From: Patescibacteria group bacterium
Lineage (GTDB): Bacteria > Patescibacteriota > Minisyncoccia > Phycocordibacterales > BOKC01
Direction of reading: 5' to 3'
DNA length: 64,000 bases
Assembly (NCBI GenBank): GCA_038062955.1
Contig: JBBTWE010000001.1
Location: 320,038 to 384,037, forward strand
Of this stretch, positions 46,536 to 55,154 are shown piece after piece (position 1 is the stretch's first letter; each line of letters starts with the position of its first letter). Made by a program: the position numbers and the translations under genes. The notes beneath the pieces were generated by a model that saw only the letters and a program-made list of their open reading frames with translations, was not told where the DNA came from and did no database searches.

Positions 46536-46645
46536 ACAGGCGACTGCGCTACCACTGCGCCACCGCGGAATATTTGTGGAGAACGAGTTTATAATATCAA
46601 AAAAGTCTTTAAAAGCAATGTGACCATGAAATAAAATTTATCGAA

Positions 46646-47707
46646 CTATCTGCAAGAGGTTCTTCCTCCATCCAAATCATATTCCATCTTCAACCAATCA
46701 AAGTTTAACTCATTTGCTTTGTTGCAAAATTCCTTTGATTGCAATTCATATTCTACTCCAAAAACTGCTTTGTTTTGTGCAATGAATGGTAAAAGAGTTT
46801 CGCATTCATCATATTCAAAACATTGTTCATTCAAAGCAAAATCAAAATAACCAACCAATTCAGGAATTTGCTCTAGATCATTTTTCAAACCAACAGTTAA
46901 TCCTCTTTTATGAGCTTCTTCTGCAAGCCATTTATTATAAGCCAATTGGTGTTGATAGGTTAAAGCAAATCCATTATTGTTCAAATAACCATCCACATTA
47001 TCTGGCTCAACACCATCGCACCCCTTTTTTACCGCTAAATCCAATCTGTTTTTCATAATCGGTGCAATCAAGTCAATTTTGGAAATATCAAGCCATTTCT
47101 CATCCTCCCATCCTTCAAGAGTTCTTCCCTTAACCTCATTTGGAAAATCATCCTCGTCGATTCTCCAATCTTCATAACTTCCAGCACTAAAATAGCAAAT
47201 AACCTTGATACCTTTATTTTGCAATGCATTTATTGCCTCTTTTGAATTATCAAATAAGTCCACATCGTACATGTCAACAACATAGTTTGGATTTAGTGTT
47301 CCCATCAATTGCCATTGCCACGATGTATTTGGATTTGGTTTCCACCAATTAGTATTTTCTAGACTTTCATTGCTTTTAGTAGTTTGTACTTCTTTGAGCT
47401 CTGGTTTGTTTACTTTTGTAGCCTCTATGTTTGAAATATTTTGTTCTGTTGCTTCGTTTATAGTTGTTTTAGATAGTTCTGTTTTTGGGGCCAAAGCAAT
47501 GGTTTCAGATTCTTCTGAATTTGTTGCAATATCTTCTGTTAGCTCAAAGTCTGTAGCTATGTTTGATAGTTGTACTGTGGTAGTTTCCGGAGTCCCCTCT
47601 ATTAATTTTTTCTTATCGTCTGTTTGTTTTATGTTAGCGAAAACGATTGTGCTAACCGCAGCGACGGCCAACACCAATAAAATAATTTTCAGAACTTTTC
47701 TTTTCAT
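46646..47707 (-). CDS. Secreted glycoside hydrolase family 114 (endo-alpha-1,4-polygalactosaminidase / PelA-like) protein
   Basis: A signal peptide is present. The motifs WQWQL, CYFSAGSYEDWR, GWEDEKWLDI and GCDGVEPDNVDGY are GH114 signatures. Confidence 0.75.
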   Translation of the reverse strand: MKRKVLKIILLVLAVAAVSTIVFANIKQTDDKKKLIEGTPETTTVQLSNIATDFELTEDIATNSEESETIALAPKTELSKTTINEATEQNISNIEATKVNKPELKEVQTTKSNESLENTNWWKPNPNTSWQWQLMGTLNPNYVVDMYDVDLFDNSKEAINALQNKGIKVICYFSAGSYEDWRIDEDDFPNEVKGRTLEGWEDEKWLDISKIDLIAPIMKNRLDLAVKKGCDGVEPDNVDGYLNNNGFALTYQHQLAYNKWLAEEAHKRGLTVGLKNDLEQIPELVGYFDFALNEQCFEYDECETLLPFIAQNKAVFGVEYELQSKEFCNKANELNFDWLKMEYDLDGGRTSCR

Positions 47708-47771
47708 TCTTTAATTATAGTACATCATTAGGATTTTTTAAATTAAACACATTAGTGGTAAAATATAGCTA

Positions 47772-49127
47772 ATGCGTCAAAACATCTTGTCGAAAAATAG
47801 GAAGGGGTTCTCACAAATTATTTTATTAGGCATCGTGGCTATACTTGTTTTAGTTGGGGCCGGCGGATTTTTGTTATTGCCTGAAAAAGAAAAGTCTATC
47901 CCCAATATTCCAATACAACCCTCCAATCCCCAAACACAGTCAGAATTAAAACTAACAGAAAACATCCAGCCAGCATCGCAAAATGTAGAAATCGTAAAAA
48001 ATGTTGATCGGGTGCCTAATACTGACAGTAGTGCGGTACAGATAGGCAAGAGATTTTCCAATGGAGCATGTGATGGGAGCGGGAAAAAGCTTATGACCAC
48101 TGCCCCAATGAATCCCGAGGATGTACAGATGATTTTGCCATACGGCACGATGGTGGGCGCTCATGTGATACCAACATCGCACCAGTATCTAGAACCATGG
48201 GATAGAGCTCTAGGTCGGGATAAATATGAAGTGCGAGCGGCAATGGACGCAACCCTCTATTCGATTAGCAGAAGAGCCCAAAACGTCGAATCGGGTGAAG
48301 CGCGGCCAGAAGAATTTCAACTTTGGTTTGCCATCACATGTACGCACTTTTATTATTATGATTTGATGACGAGTCTCTCTCCAGAGCTCCAGAAGATTTT
48401 TGATGAAGAAAAGCGTCAAGATGATTATGCTTATGTACATATTCCAGTGAAAGCTGGACAAGTGGTGGGAAAGATAGGAGCGCAGACATTGGATTATGGT
48501 GTTTGGGATACGGAGCTACCGCCCACTACAGGCATCCTGGTGCCCGAGCACTATCAGTGGGACAGCTTTCGTGTTTATCTTGCTGACCCGCTTAACTACT
48601 ATACCGATGAGTTGAAAAAGATCATGCTGTCAAAATATGTCCGAACGGCCGAACCAATTTCGGGCAAAGTCGATTATGATATCGACGGAAAACTGATCGG
48701 TGGATGGTTTCTGGAAGGCACAGGGAATCTGACAGGAGGAAATTTCCAAAAGTATTGGGCTGGGCATCTGGCCATAGCGCCCGAATATCTCGATCCCAGT
48801 GTTTATTTGATTTCGGTTGGAGACTTCGCGGGTGAAGAGAAACAATTCTCGATACCCAGAAACGCTCCCGATCCAAAAAGTGTCGGGGTAGAGACGGGAC
48901 TAGTCAAATATGATCTGTTACCATGGCAATATTTGAAATCGGACGGAACGATTTGGGATTGGAAGAAATATGCAAAAGGATTGAAAATTGTGAATGGGCA
49001 TCAGAACTTTGGGTGCGTCGCTATCCAGATGATAGAGTCTCGCAAACTAAAATTTGAGGGCTTTAAAGGTAAAAGCTGTGCCAGTGTTAGCGGATTTACT
49101 AGCGCGGCTAAGATTTATGAACGCTAA
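47772..49127 (+). CDS. Hypothetical secreted/membrane-anchored protein (451 aa)
   Basis: An N-terminal TM/signal segment is present. No recognised domain. Confidence 0.5.
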   Translation: MRQNILSKNRKGFSQIILLGIVAILVLVGAGGFLLLPEKEKSIPNIPIQPSNPQTQSELKLTENIQPASQNVEIVKNVDRVPNTDSSAVQIGKRFSNGACDGSGKKLMTTAPMNPEDVQMILPYGTMVGAHVIPTSHQYLEPWDRALGRDKYEVRAAMDATLYSISRRAQNVESGEARPEEFQLWFAITCTHFYYYDLMTSLSPELQKIFDEEKRQDDYAYVHIPVKAGQVVGKIGAQTLDYGVWDTELPPTTGILVPEHYQWDSFRVYLADPLNYYTDELKKIMLSKYVRTAEPISGKVDYDIDGKLIGGWFLEGTGNLTGGNFQKYWAGHLAIAPEYLDPSVYLISVGDFAGEEKQFSIPRNAPDPKSVGVETGLVKYDLLPWQYLKSDGTIWDWKKYAKGLKIVNGHQNFGCVAIQMIESRKLKFEGFKGKSCASVSGFTSAAKIYER

Positions 49128-49218
49128 GGTCACTTTCTTTTTTCTCAAGATGTCAATACTACTTTGAGAAACTTCTTTTGAAAAAATGGGAAATCTATAC
49201 TGTTCTCGTAGAGAGAAA

Positions 49219-49262
49219 CTCCCTGCCTGCCGGCAGGCAGGCTACCCGCGGAGTCTACAAAC
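49219..49262. repeat. A 45-bp element, the right member of the inverted pair with 45611..45655.
   Basis: agagaaactccctgcctgccggcaggcaggctacccgcggag. Confidence 0.65.
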
Positions 49263-50037
49263 CGCGCCTCAACTTATTCCGATAGATGATAGAGACGAGC
49301 GCGAAGCTCAAGATAAGCAGAAGAAACCACGAACCGATTTTGCTCCACGAGACAAAATGCCAATTCTCGACTTGGCTCGGATAGAGCCAGACTCGGGTGA
49401 AAGTGTCAATATTTTCTGCTACCCATACAAAAAAGGAGGTCAAAAATACCGTCACTAAAAATGGCATACTTCGTTCTTTCCTATACACCTCAAAATGCAC
49501 CTTTGTTTTAAAAAATATAATAAATACGTATAGGAACAAAAAATATCTAATATCGTAAAAGAAATGATGTGTAAAGAAATTTACATATATAAGACCTGCG
49601 AGAATCCAGATGTGATAATAGGCCGGAAATCGCTCGTATGAAAGCTTAAGAAAAATAAAGGCTCGAGAGATGTAACTCCCAATCGCCGAATATAAAAAGC
49701 CTGTAAAAAGCGGTATTGTACCGATTGCAAATATTGCGCTTCCTACGCTTGGATAAGACCATGAACCAATAGCAGGGTTAGTCTTGAACAACTCCATGCC
49801 AGTTGCGAGTAGATGAAAAATAATAATAACGAGAAATTCTCTAGGACGTTCAAATCGGAATATGAGCGCACATAATTGAAAACCCACTGCGGCGAGAAAA
49901 ATAAAATCGTACCTGCTTATAATTGGAATGGTAAAAAACTCGGTGAGTAGAAATATTAAAAGCAGAAACAGGCCAAAGAAACTTGCCCGCAGACTAGCTA
50001 TAAAGAAATACCAAAGCTCAACAAATACAATATTCAT
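49255..50037 (-). CDS. Hypothetical polytopic membrane protein (260 aa)
   Basis: It has 6-8 predicted TM helices and is Phe/Tyr-rich. Confidence 0.5.
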   Translation of the reverse strand: MNIVFVELWYFFIASLRASFFGLFLLLIFLLTEFFTIPIISRYDFIFLAAVGFQLCALIFRFERPREFLVIIIFHLLATGMELFKTNPAIGSWSYPSVGSAIFAIGTIPLFTGFLYSAIGSYISRAFIFLKLSYERFPAYYHIWILAGLIYVNFFTHHFFYDIRYFLFLYVFIIFFKTKVHFEVYRKERSMPFLVTVFLTSFFVWVAENIDTFTRVWLYPSQVENWHFVSWSKIGSWFLLLILSFALVSIIYRNKLRRGL

Positions 50038-50105
50038 TATGTGAAAACTGTAACATTTTTTTCGTTTTTAGTTTATTGTATAGAGCAAAGATTTGGTAAA
50101 ATAAT

Positions 50106-50360
50106 TTGATGATAAAAAAAGAAATCACAACCGGTGTATTGCATAACATGCCCACAGATTTACAAAAATCTCTTGCTTCCGACAGAGCGGCATTATCTAC
50201 ATGGGAGGATATTACCCCGCTTGCACGCAATGAGTGGATCTGCTGGGTTACATCCGGTAAAAAAGCAGAGACGAGGGATATTCGTATCGAGAAGGCACTC
50301 TCCAAACTTAAGAGCGGAATGCGCCGACCTTGTTGTTGGGCCGGTTGCCCTCATCGTTAA
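50106..50360 (+). CDS. YdeI/OmpD-associated family protein (moderately GC-rich)
   Basis: The ..W..A...ETRD.RI.K....L pattern is present. Length is 84 aa. Confidence 0.5.
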   Translation: MMIKKEITTGVLHNMPTDLQKSLASDRAALSTWEDITPLARNEWICWVTSGKKAETRDIRIEKALSKLKSGMRRPCCWAGCPHR

Positions 50361-50416
50361 AGTCTAAAAATCCAAACTGAAATTTTCTTTGACATAACCA
50401 TTACAATACCGTATCG

Positions 50417-50767
50417 TTGAAACTAGTTAGGTCTTTCGCAACACACAAACAAAGGAGAATGGAGATGCCTACTCCCCTGAAGCTTTTGGCGGGCAATAAG
50501 TTTTCCGGTCGCCATACTACTGTGATTCGATCCGCTGTCTCTCTGATTTCACTCATCAAAAAGTATGATGAAGTAACAAAAATCACACTGGGTACCATCC
50601 TCCCCTACCATGCGCCACAACCACAATTACGCTTCAAACCAACCCAAAGTGGTTGGGAGTTGAAAGTAATCGGATGTAATGCCAGTCAAATCTTCTTCAT
50701 TCACACCAAGAATCCAGAACTGGTGAAAAAAAGAATCGAAGAAGATTGGGAGAAACTCAATAGGTAG
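50417..50767 (+). CDS. Hypothetical protein (islet). The likely start is MEMPTPLK at 50462, which follows aaaggag.
   Basis: A strong SD, aaaggagaatggagATG, is present. Confidence 0.45.
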   Translation: MKLVRSFATHKQRRMEMPTPLKLLAGNKFSGRHTTVIRSAVSLISLIKKYDEVTKITLGTILPYHAPQPQLRFKPTQSGWELKVIGCNASQIFFIHTKNPELVKKRIEEDWEKLNR

Positions 50768-50873
50768 GAGTGTATCGAATGTGTGAGAACAAGCGCGTGC
50801 CCGACATCCGGTGCCGCGTTTTTTTATTATTTAAGAGACACTTCCACAGCGTGATATAATTTCTTTATATTTT

Positions 50874-51761
50874 ATGCAAATTGGATACATCGGTTTGGGA
50901 AAAATGGGATACAACATGGTTCTTCGACTTCATGAAAAAGGCCACGAGGTTTTGGCGTACAATCGCAGTGAGGAAGCAAGAAAAGAGATCGAAAAAGAAA
51001 TTGGAATACAAACTGTCGCTTCCCTATCAGAATTTAAAACTCTACCTGCTCCGAGAACAGTCTGGCTTATGGTTTCAAACAATGCCGTCGACCAAGTCCT
51101 AAAAGATCTTCTGCTGAATTTGGACAAAGGAGACACTGTAATTGATGGAGGAAATTCTTTTTATAAAGATTCCATTCGACGCGCAAAAGAACTTCAAAGT
51201 AAAGGTGTTCATTTTTTGGATGTTGGTGTAAGTGGAGGTCCCCACGGCGCAAGAAATGGGGCATGTATGATGATCGGCGGAGACAAAAAAGAGTTTGCGA
51301 GATTAAAAAAATTATTTGTCGATCTTACACTTCCCGACAGTTTTAAATTTTTTGGAAAAGCTGGGGCCGGGCACTTTGTAAAAATGGTTCATAACGGAAT
51401 CGAATATGGAATGATGCAAGCGATCGCCGAAGGATTTGAAGTAATGAAAAAATCGGAGTTTAGTTTGAATCTCAAGGAAGTGGCAGACTTGTACAATAAC
51501 GGAAGCGTTATTGAATCCCGCCTTGTGGGGTGGCTTGAATCTGGCTTTAAAAAATATGGAGAAAATTTGGAAGATGTTTCGGGGACAGTTGCACACACCG
51601 GCGAAGGAAAATGGACTGTAGAAGCGGCCAAAGAACTTGGAATAGAAACTCCAATCATTGAAGGCTCATATAATTTCCGCGTCAATTCAAGCAAAAAACC
51701 GTCTTTCGCTGGAAAAATCCTCTCAACACTCCGCAACCAATTCGGCGGCCATTCTGTGTAA
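50874..51761 (+). CDS. gnd: 6-phosphogluconate dehydrogenase (decarboxylating), short Gnd/YqeC-like form
   Basis: The motifs IGYIGLGKMGYNM (Rossmann) and GGNSFYKDS...VGVSGG are present. Confidence 0.85.
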   Translation: MQIGYIGLGKMGYNMVLRLHEKGHEVLAYNRSEEARKEIEKEIGIQTVASLSEFKTLPAPRTVWLMVSNNAVDQVLKDLLLNLDKGDTVIDGGNSFYKDSIRRAKELQSKGVHFLDVGVSGGPHGARNGACMMIGGDKKEFARLKKLFVDLTLPDSFKFFGKAGAGHFVKMVHNGIEYGMMQAIAEGFEVMKKSEFSLNLKEVADLYNNGSVIESRLVGWLESGFKKYGENLEDVSGTVAHTGEGKWTVEAAKELGIETPIIEGSYNFRVNSSKKPSFAGKILSTLRNQFGGHSV

Positions 51762-51764
51762 AAT
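51603..51764 (+). repeat. Direct repeat DR1, the native 3' end of gnd.
   Basis: A 162-bp segment about 93% identical to 53452..53613. Confidence 0.8.
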
Positions 51765-51859
51765 GTTTAATTATTCTAAAGCGTAATTTTTTATATAATC
51801 AGGATTGTGTTGAAATAAAAAAACCCGCGCCAACTAGAGTCGGAGCGAGTTTCATGGAT

Positions 51860-52189
51860 TCAATCACCACGACATTCTGTACAGATAAAATCTCCATCCT
51901 CGTCGGCCTGAATTCTGTGATTATAGCCTACGGTCGTGACTTCATCGTAACTGTTGTGCGTACCGTATAAGTTAAAGAACGGAGAGAGAGTACCATGAAC
52001 GCCACACAAACGACATGCGGCATGAACTTCGTCTCTCACAAAGAAGTCGCCGATAAAATCGAGAAGACACTCTCTCTTTTTATCTCGGATTATCTTGCAT
52101 TTTTCTATTGCGTCAGCTTTGCAAGAAACAATGTAAATCTCTCTTGAGATGTCAGGCTCTCCATCGGTGTCAGTCATATTTTTCACCAT
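51860..52189 (-). CDS. Hypothetical Cys-rich protein (109 aa)
   Basis: ORF track only. It lies inside the gnd-associated insertion. Confidence 0.4.
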   Translation of the reverse strand: MVKNMTDTDGEPDISREIYIVSCKADAIEKCKIIRDKKRECLLDFIGDFFVRDEVHAACRLCGVHGTLSPFFNLYGTHNSYDEVTTVGYNHRIQADEDGDFICTECRGD

Positions 52190-52274
52190 TCTCTTCTGAT
52201 TGTTGAAAAAAGAGAGCGCGCTACATTTATTGATTAAACGTAACGCGCTCGAGCACGCTAAGCTTGCTGCTTAG

Positions 52275-52619
52275 CTAGAGGGGCTTCACGAACCCGGAAT
52301 CCCTGAAGACATCCGGGAAGCGTTCGCTGAGCCGCTTGACTTCGCCGAGCCGGTGCCCGCCCTGCTCGAACATCGGGATAGTGGTCTGCCCGATGACAGG
52401 AACGTGCACCTTCTCTCCGTCACGACTGCCAGTGATGTGCGGGCGCGGATCGCGGGAGGTGTGAACGCTGTCCCCAAACAGATGTTCGAGGCCTGGCGGG
52501 ATGTAGAAATCGATTTTCATCGAATGTCCTTTAGTTGTCTCAGTTGTTGAAGAACAATGCATTAGACCATCTAATGCCCTTTTTAAGGTTACTTCAAAAA
52601 CAAAATTTCTGTCAAACAA
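52275..52619 (-). CDS. Hypothetical GC-rich protein. The likely start is MKIDFY at 52517 (aagga SD).
   Basis: The ORF is GC-rich and is followed by inverted-repeat hairpins at 52215..52275. Confidence 0.4.
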   Translation of the reverse strand: MFDRNFVFEVTLKRALDGLMHCSSTTETTKGHSMKIDFYIPPGLEHLFGDSVHTSRDPRPHITGSRDGEKVHVPVIGQTTIPMFEQGGHRLGEVKRLSERFPDVFRDSGFVKPL

Positions 52620-52722
52620 GATTACATCTTTTTGTAATAACTTTGTGTTAATAATGGAAAATGCCTTGTTTTAAAAGATATAATATGGTAAATTATGTGT
52701 AATTTAAAATTACATTTTTTAT

Positions 52723-53451
52723 ATGAAAACAGAAAAAATATTACAAACTCTTGGTCTTACAGAAAAAGAAAGTGGGGTCTATCTTTCACTTTTGGAATCA
52801 GGACCAGCTTTAATTTCTCAAATATGTCGTGACACCGGTTTTCATCGACCAACTGTGTATCAGATATCATCATCGCTTCAATCTAAAGGCCTCATTTCAA
52901 TGACAACTCTTGGCAAACAAAAACGTTTTGTTGCCGAAACGCCAGAAAAATTACAAACATTGTTTGAGATGATAAAAACAGATTTTCAGAACTTTCTGCC
53001 TGGGATCCAAGATATTTACAATAGCCAAGATAAGCGACCATCGGTTAAATTTTTTGAGGGTAAAAAAGGGGTAACATCGGTTATAGAAGATTTGCTTGTC
53101 AGTTTGAAACGCGGAGAATCTTACTGTAGAGTCGGTTCAAAAAAAGCTCAACTAGAAGTGCAAAAATATCTTCCTAAAGATTACGTGGACAAACGTGAAT
53201 CAAAACAAATCGGTAGATATGTTATTACAGATCAATTATCTGAACATCAGAAAAAACGTCCTTCACTTAATCGCTCTCATAAATTCATATCGAACAATCT
53301 TGGTTTTTCAGATTGCAATATAATAGAACTAATATACAAAAATAAAGTGGTCTTTGCTGATCTGGGTAGTGTGAACGCTGTGATAATAGAAAATGCCGAT
53401 GTGGCAGACTTTCAAAAGAAGATTTTCATGACTCTATTTAATTTGTTATAA
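52723..53451 (+). CDS. TrmB-family transcriptional regulator
   Basis: The N-terminal winged HTH is LGLTEKESGVYLSLLESGPALISQICRDTGFHRPTVYQ. Confidence 0.7.
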   Translation: MKTEKILQTLGLTEKESGVYLSLLESGPALISQICRDTGFHRPTVYQISSSLQSKGLISMTTLGKQKRFVAETPEKLQTLFEMIKTDFQNFLPGIQDIYNSQDKRPSVKFFEGKKGVTSVIEDLLVSLKRGESYCRVGSKKAQLEVQKYLPKDYVDKRESKQIGRYVITDQLSEHQKKRPSLNRSHKFISNNLGFSDCNIIELIYKNKVVFADLGSVNAVIIENADVADFQKKIFMTLFNLL

Positions 53452-53613
53452 GAAGGAAAATGGACTGTAGAAGCGGCCAAAGAACTTGGAATCGAAACGC
53501 TTATCATCGAAGGCTCATATAATTTTCGAGTCAATTCAAGCAAAAAACCGTCATTCGCTGGAAAAATCCTCTCAACACTCCGCAATCAATTCGGCGGCCA
53601 TTCTGTGTAAAAT
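53452..53613 (+). repeat. Direct repeat DR2, a duplicated gnd 3' end. It still encodes WTVEAAKELGIETLIIEGSYNFRVNSSKKPSFAGKILSTLRNQFGGHSV.
   Basis: Compare with 51603..51764. Confidence 0.8.
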
Positions 53614-54029
53614 TGACTTGTACCACAGAATATTCTAGTCTGTTAGCGAATTGCTCTTTAGAAAAAACCGAGACAAAAGGAGAATGTATGCCTCAAGTCA
53701 TCTGCCGTCACAGCATTCCACTACGAGACAGCTTGGGAATTGCCGTAACAATGATTGTCGCAGACTTCGTCAGCACAGAAAAACATCCTGTGCCCCGAGA
53801 AGAAGTCGACTGGTTGCCCCAATCAAATGAATCGGGATCAATTTGTCCTGATTTTGCTCTCGAGCTTCGTCTGGTTGGTCACTCCGATCGCAGAATGAGA
53901 CTGGATCATGCTGGGGCGTTAGAGCTCAAGCGACTTATCGCCGGCATCCCAGATTTTCCAAGCAATGTGGACAAGGACAAACCTTTCCTTTGGATCCAAT
54001 TCATCGATCCAGATGGCCCATACGTCTAG
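53613..54029 (+). CDS. Hypothetical GC-rich islet protein. The likely start is MPQVICRH at 53688 (aaaaggag SD).
   Basis: An SD is present. The terminator is ccccac..gtgggg plus a T-run at 54038..54090. Confidence 0.45.
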   Translation: MTCTTEYSSLLANCSLEKTETKGECMPQVICRHSIPLRDSLGIAVTMIVADFVSTEKHPVPREEVDWLPQSNESGSICPDFALELRLVGHSDRRMRLDHAGALELKRLIAGIPDFPSNVDKDKPFLWIQFIDPDGPYV

Positions 54030-54153
54030 CTTCATCACCCCACGATTGCACAACCCATATGGTTGGAATTCTGTGGGGTTTGTTTTTTATATAGATCCAA
54101 AATAACTCAAATTTTAATCATCAATATTAGACGCAAATTTTACTTGACTTTTT

Positions 54154-54645
54154 GTGTATAAAATTCCAAACTGGCTGGCAGAGTCAGTTCTTCGGACAGT
54201 GATGTCCAAAACCCTAGTAAGAGGAGATAGGATGGATGCTCAAGAAATGACACGTCAGATAGTAAAAGGTCAGGAAAACCTAGAACGGATGAAGCGTGAG
54301 ATCTTTATGGTAGTTGAGGTGTTGCTCCTCATCATCAAAGGTCAAAAAGGGGCAAAGAGAACGCGAAACACCCAGAAAGTTATCCGCTCTAGATCAGATC
54401 AGTGCCGTTGGGAGATCTTTTCACTTCGAGATGGATCAGTATCTTTAAGATGCTGGGTAAAAAAAGGCAACATCTCGATTAACTCGTTTAGTATGGACAC
54501 CAATGGCAATTGCGAGATCGGACTTGGCCTAATCGAAACGATACACGACAATCTGCCAATGCTCGTTGCCCTAATGATTAGGCAATTTCCGACTTTTGAG
54601 AGAGAGCTTGAGCCAATCATCAAGGCCTCTACGAAAGAGTTCTAG
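54154..54645 (+). CDS. Hypothetical GC-rich islet protein. The likely start is MDAQEM at 54233 (agaggag SD).
   Basis: An SD is present. The terminator is ccgccccgaagtc..gacttcttgggcgg plus T6 at 54650..54695. Confidence 0.45.
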   Translation: MYKIPNWLAESVLRTVMSKTLVRGDRMDAQEMTRQIVKGQENLERMKREIFMVVEVLLLIIKGQKGAKRTRNTQKVIRSRSDQCRWEIFSLRDGSVSLRCWVKKGNISINSFSMDTNGNCEIGLGLIETIHDNLPMLVALMIRQFPTFERELEPIIKASTKEF

Positions 54646-54767
54646 AGGCATCACCCGCCCCGAAGTCTCGTGACTTCTTGGGCGGTTTTTTATACAAACT
54701 TCATTCAATCAAATCTTTTTTAGTTTTTCCTATGTTAAAATTCTGAACTCGATCACAACAAAAGTTT

Positions 54768-55097
54768 ATGACCACCAAACAATCAACAATAGATTACATA
54801 TTGGATCAATTAGCTGGAGCGGGCGATGTATCAGCCCGAAAAATGTTCGGCGAATATGCCCTTTATTGTGATTCTAAAGTAGTGGCTTTGGTATGTGACG
54901 AAACATTGTATGTAAAAATCACAGAGCAAGGAAAAAATTTTGTTGGTTCATCTTTCAAAGAGGGTTACGCTTACAAAGGAGCAAAAGTATCAATGATGAT
55001 TGACGATGACAAAATAGAAGACCACGAGTGGCTCTCGGAACTTATAAATATCACAGCGGATAATCTCCCACTTCCAAAGCCCAAAAAGAAAAAGTGA
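54768..55097 (+). CDS. TfoX/Sxy N-terminal domain protein
   Basis: RKMFGEYALYCDSKVVALVCDETLYVK matches the TfoX_N pattern (MFGG.glY..G..Falv.dd.LYLK). Confidence 0.6.
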   Translation: MTTKQSTIDYILDQLAGAGDVSARKMFGEYALYCDSKVVALVCDETLYVKITEQGKNFVGSSFKEGYAYKGAKVSMMIDDDKIEDHEWLSELINITADNLPLPKPKKKK

Positions 55098-55154
55098 GAT
55101 ACAAAAAAACGCCTGGTTAGCGTTTTTTTGTTTTATCAACCTAAATTATATAAC

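Larger units (their letters stand above)
45940..46569 (-). tRNA. tRNA-Asn(GUU) interrupted by a group I intron. Exon 1 is 46536..46569 (34 nt) and exon 2 is 45940..45980 (41 nt including CCA). The intron is about 555 nt (45981..46535), inserted after anticodon-loop position 36.
   Basis: The exons assemble into a 75-nt cloverleaf: acceptor TCCGCGG/CCGCGGA, D-arm GCGC-AGTGGTA-GCGC, anticodon stem GTCGC/GCGAT, loop CTGTTAA (identical to the E. coli tRNA-Asn loop), T-arm GTAGG-TTCGAAT-CCTAC, discriminator G, CCA. The 5' exon ends in U and the intron ends in G. Confidence 0.75.
51765..53451. mobile_element. A 1.7-kb insertion at the gnd 3' end, flanked by the direct duplication of the gnd tail. 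It carries two hypothetical genes and a TrmB regulator, and no integrase.
   Basis: The DR1/DR2 structure is the classic signature of integration into a gene 3' end with regeneration of the target. Confidence 0.55.
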
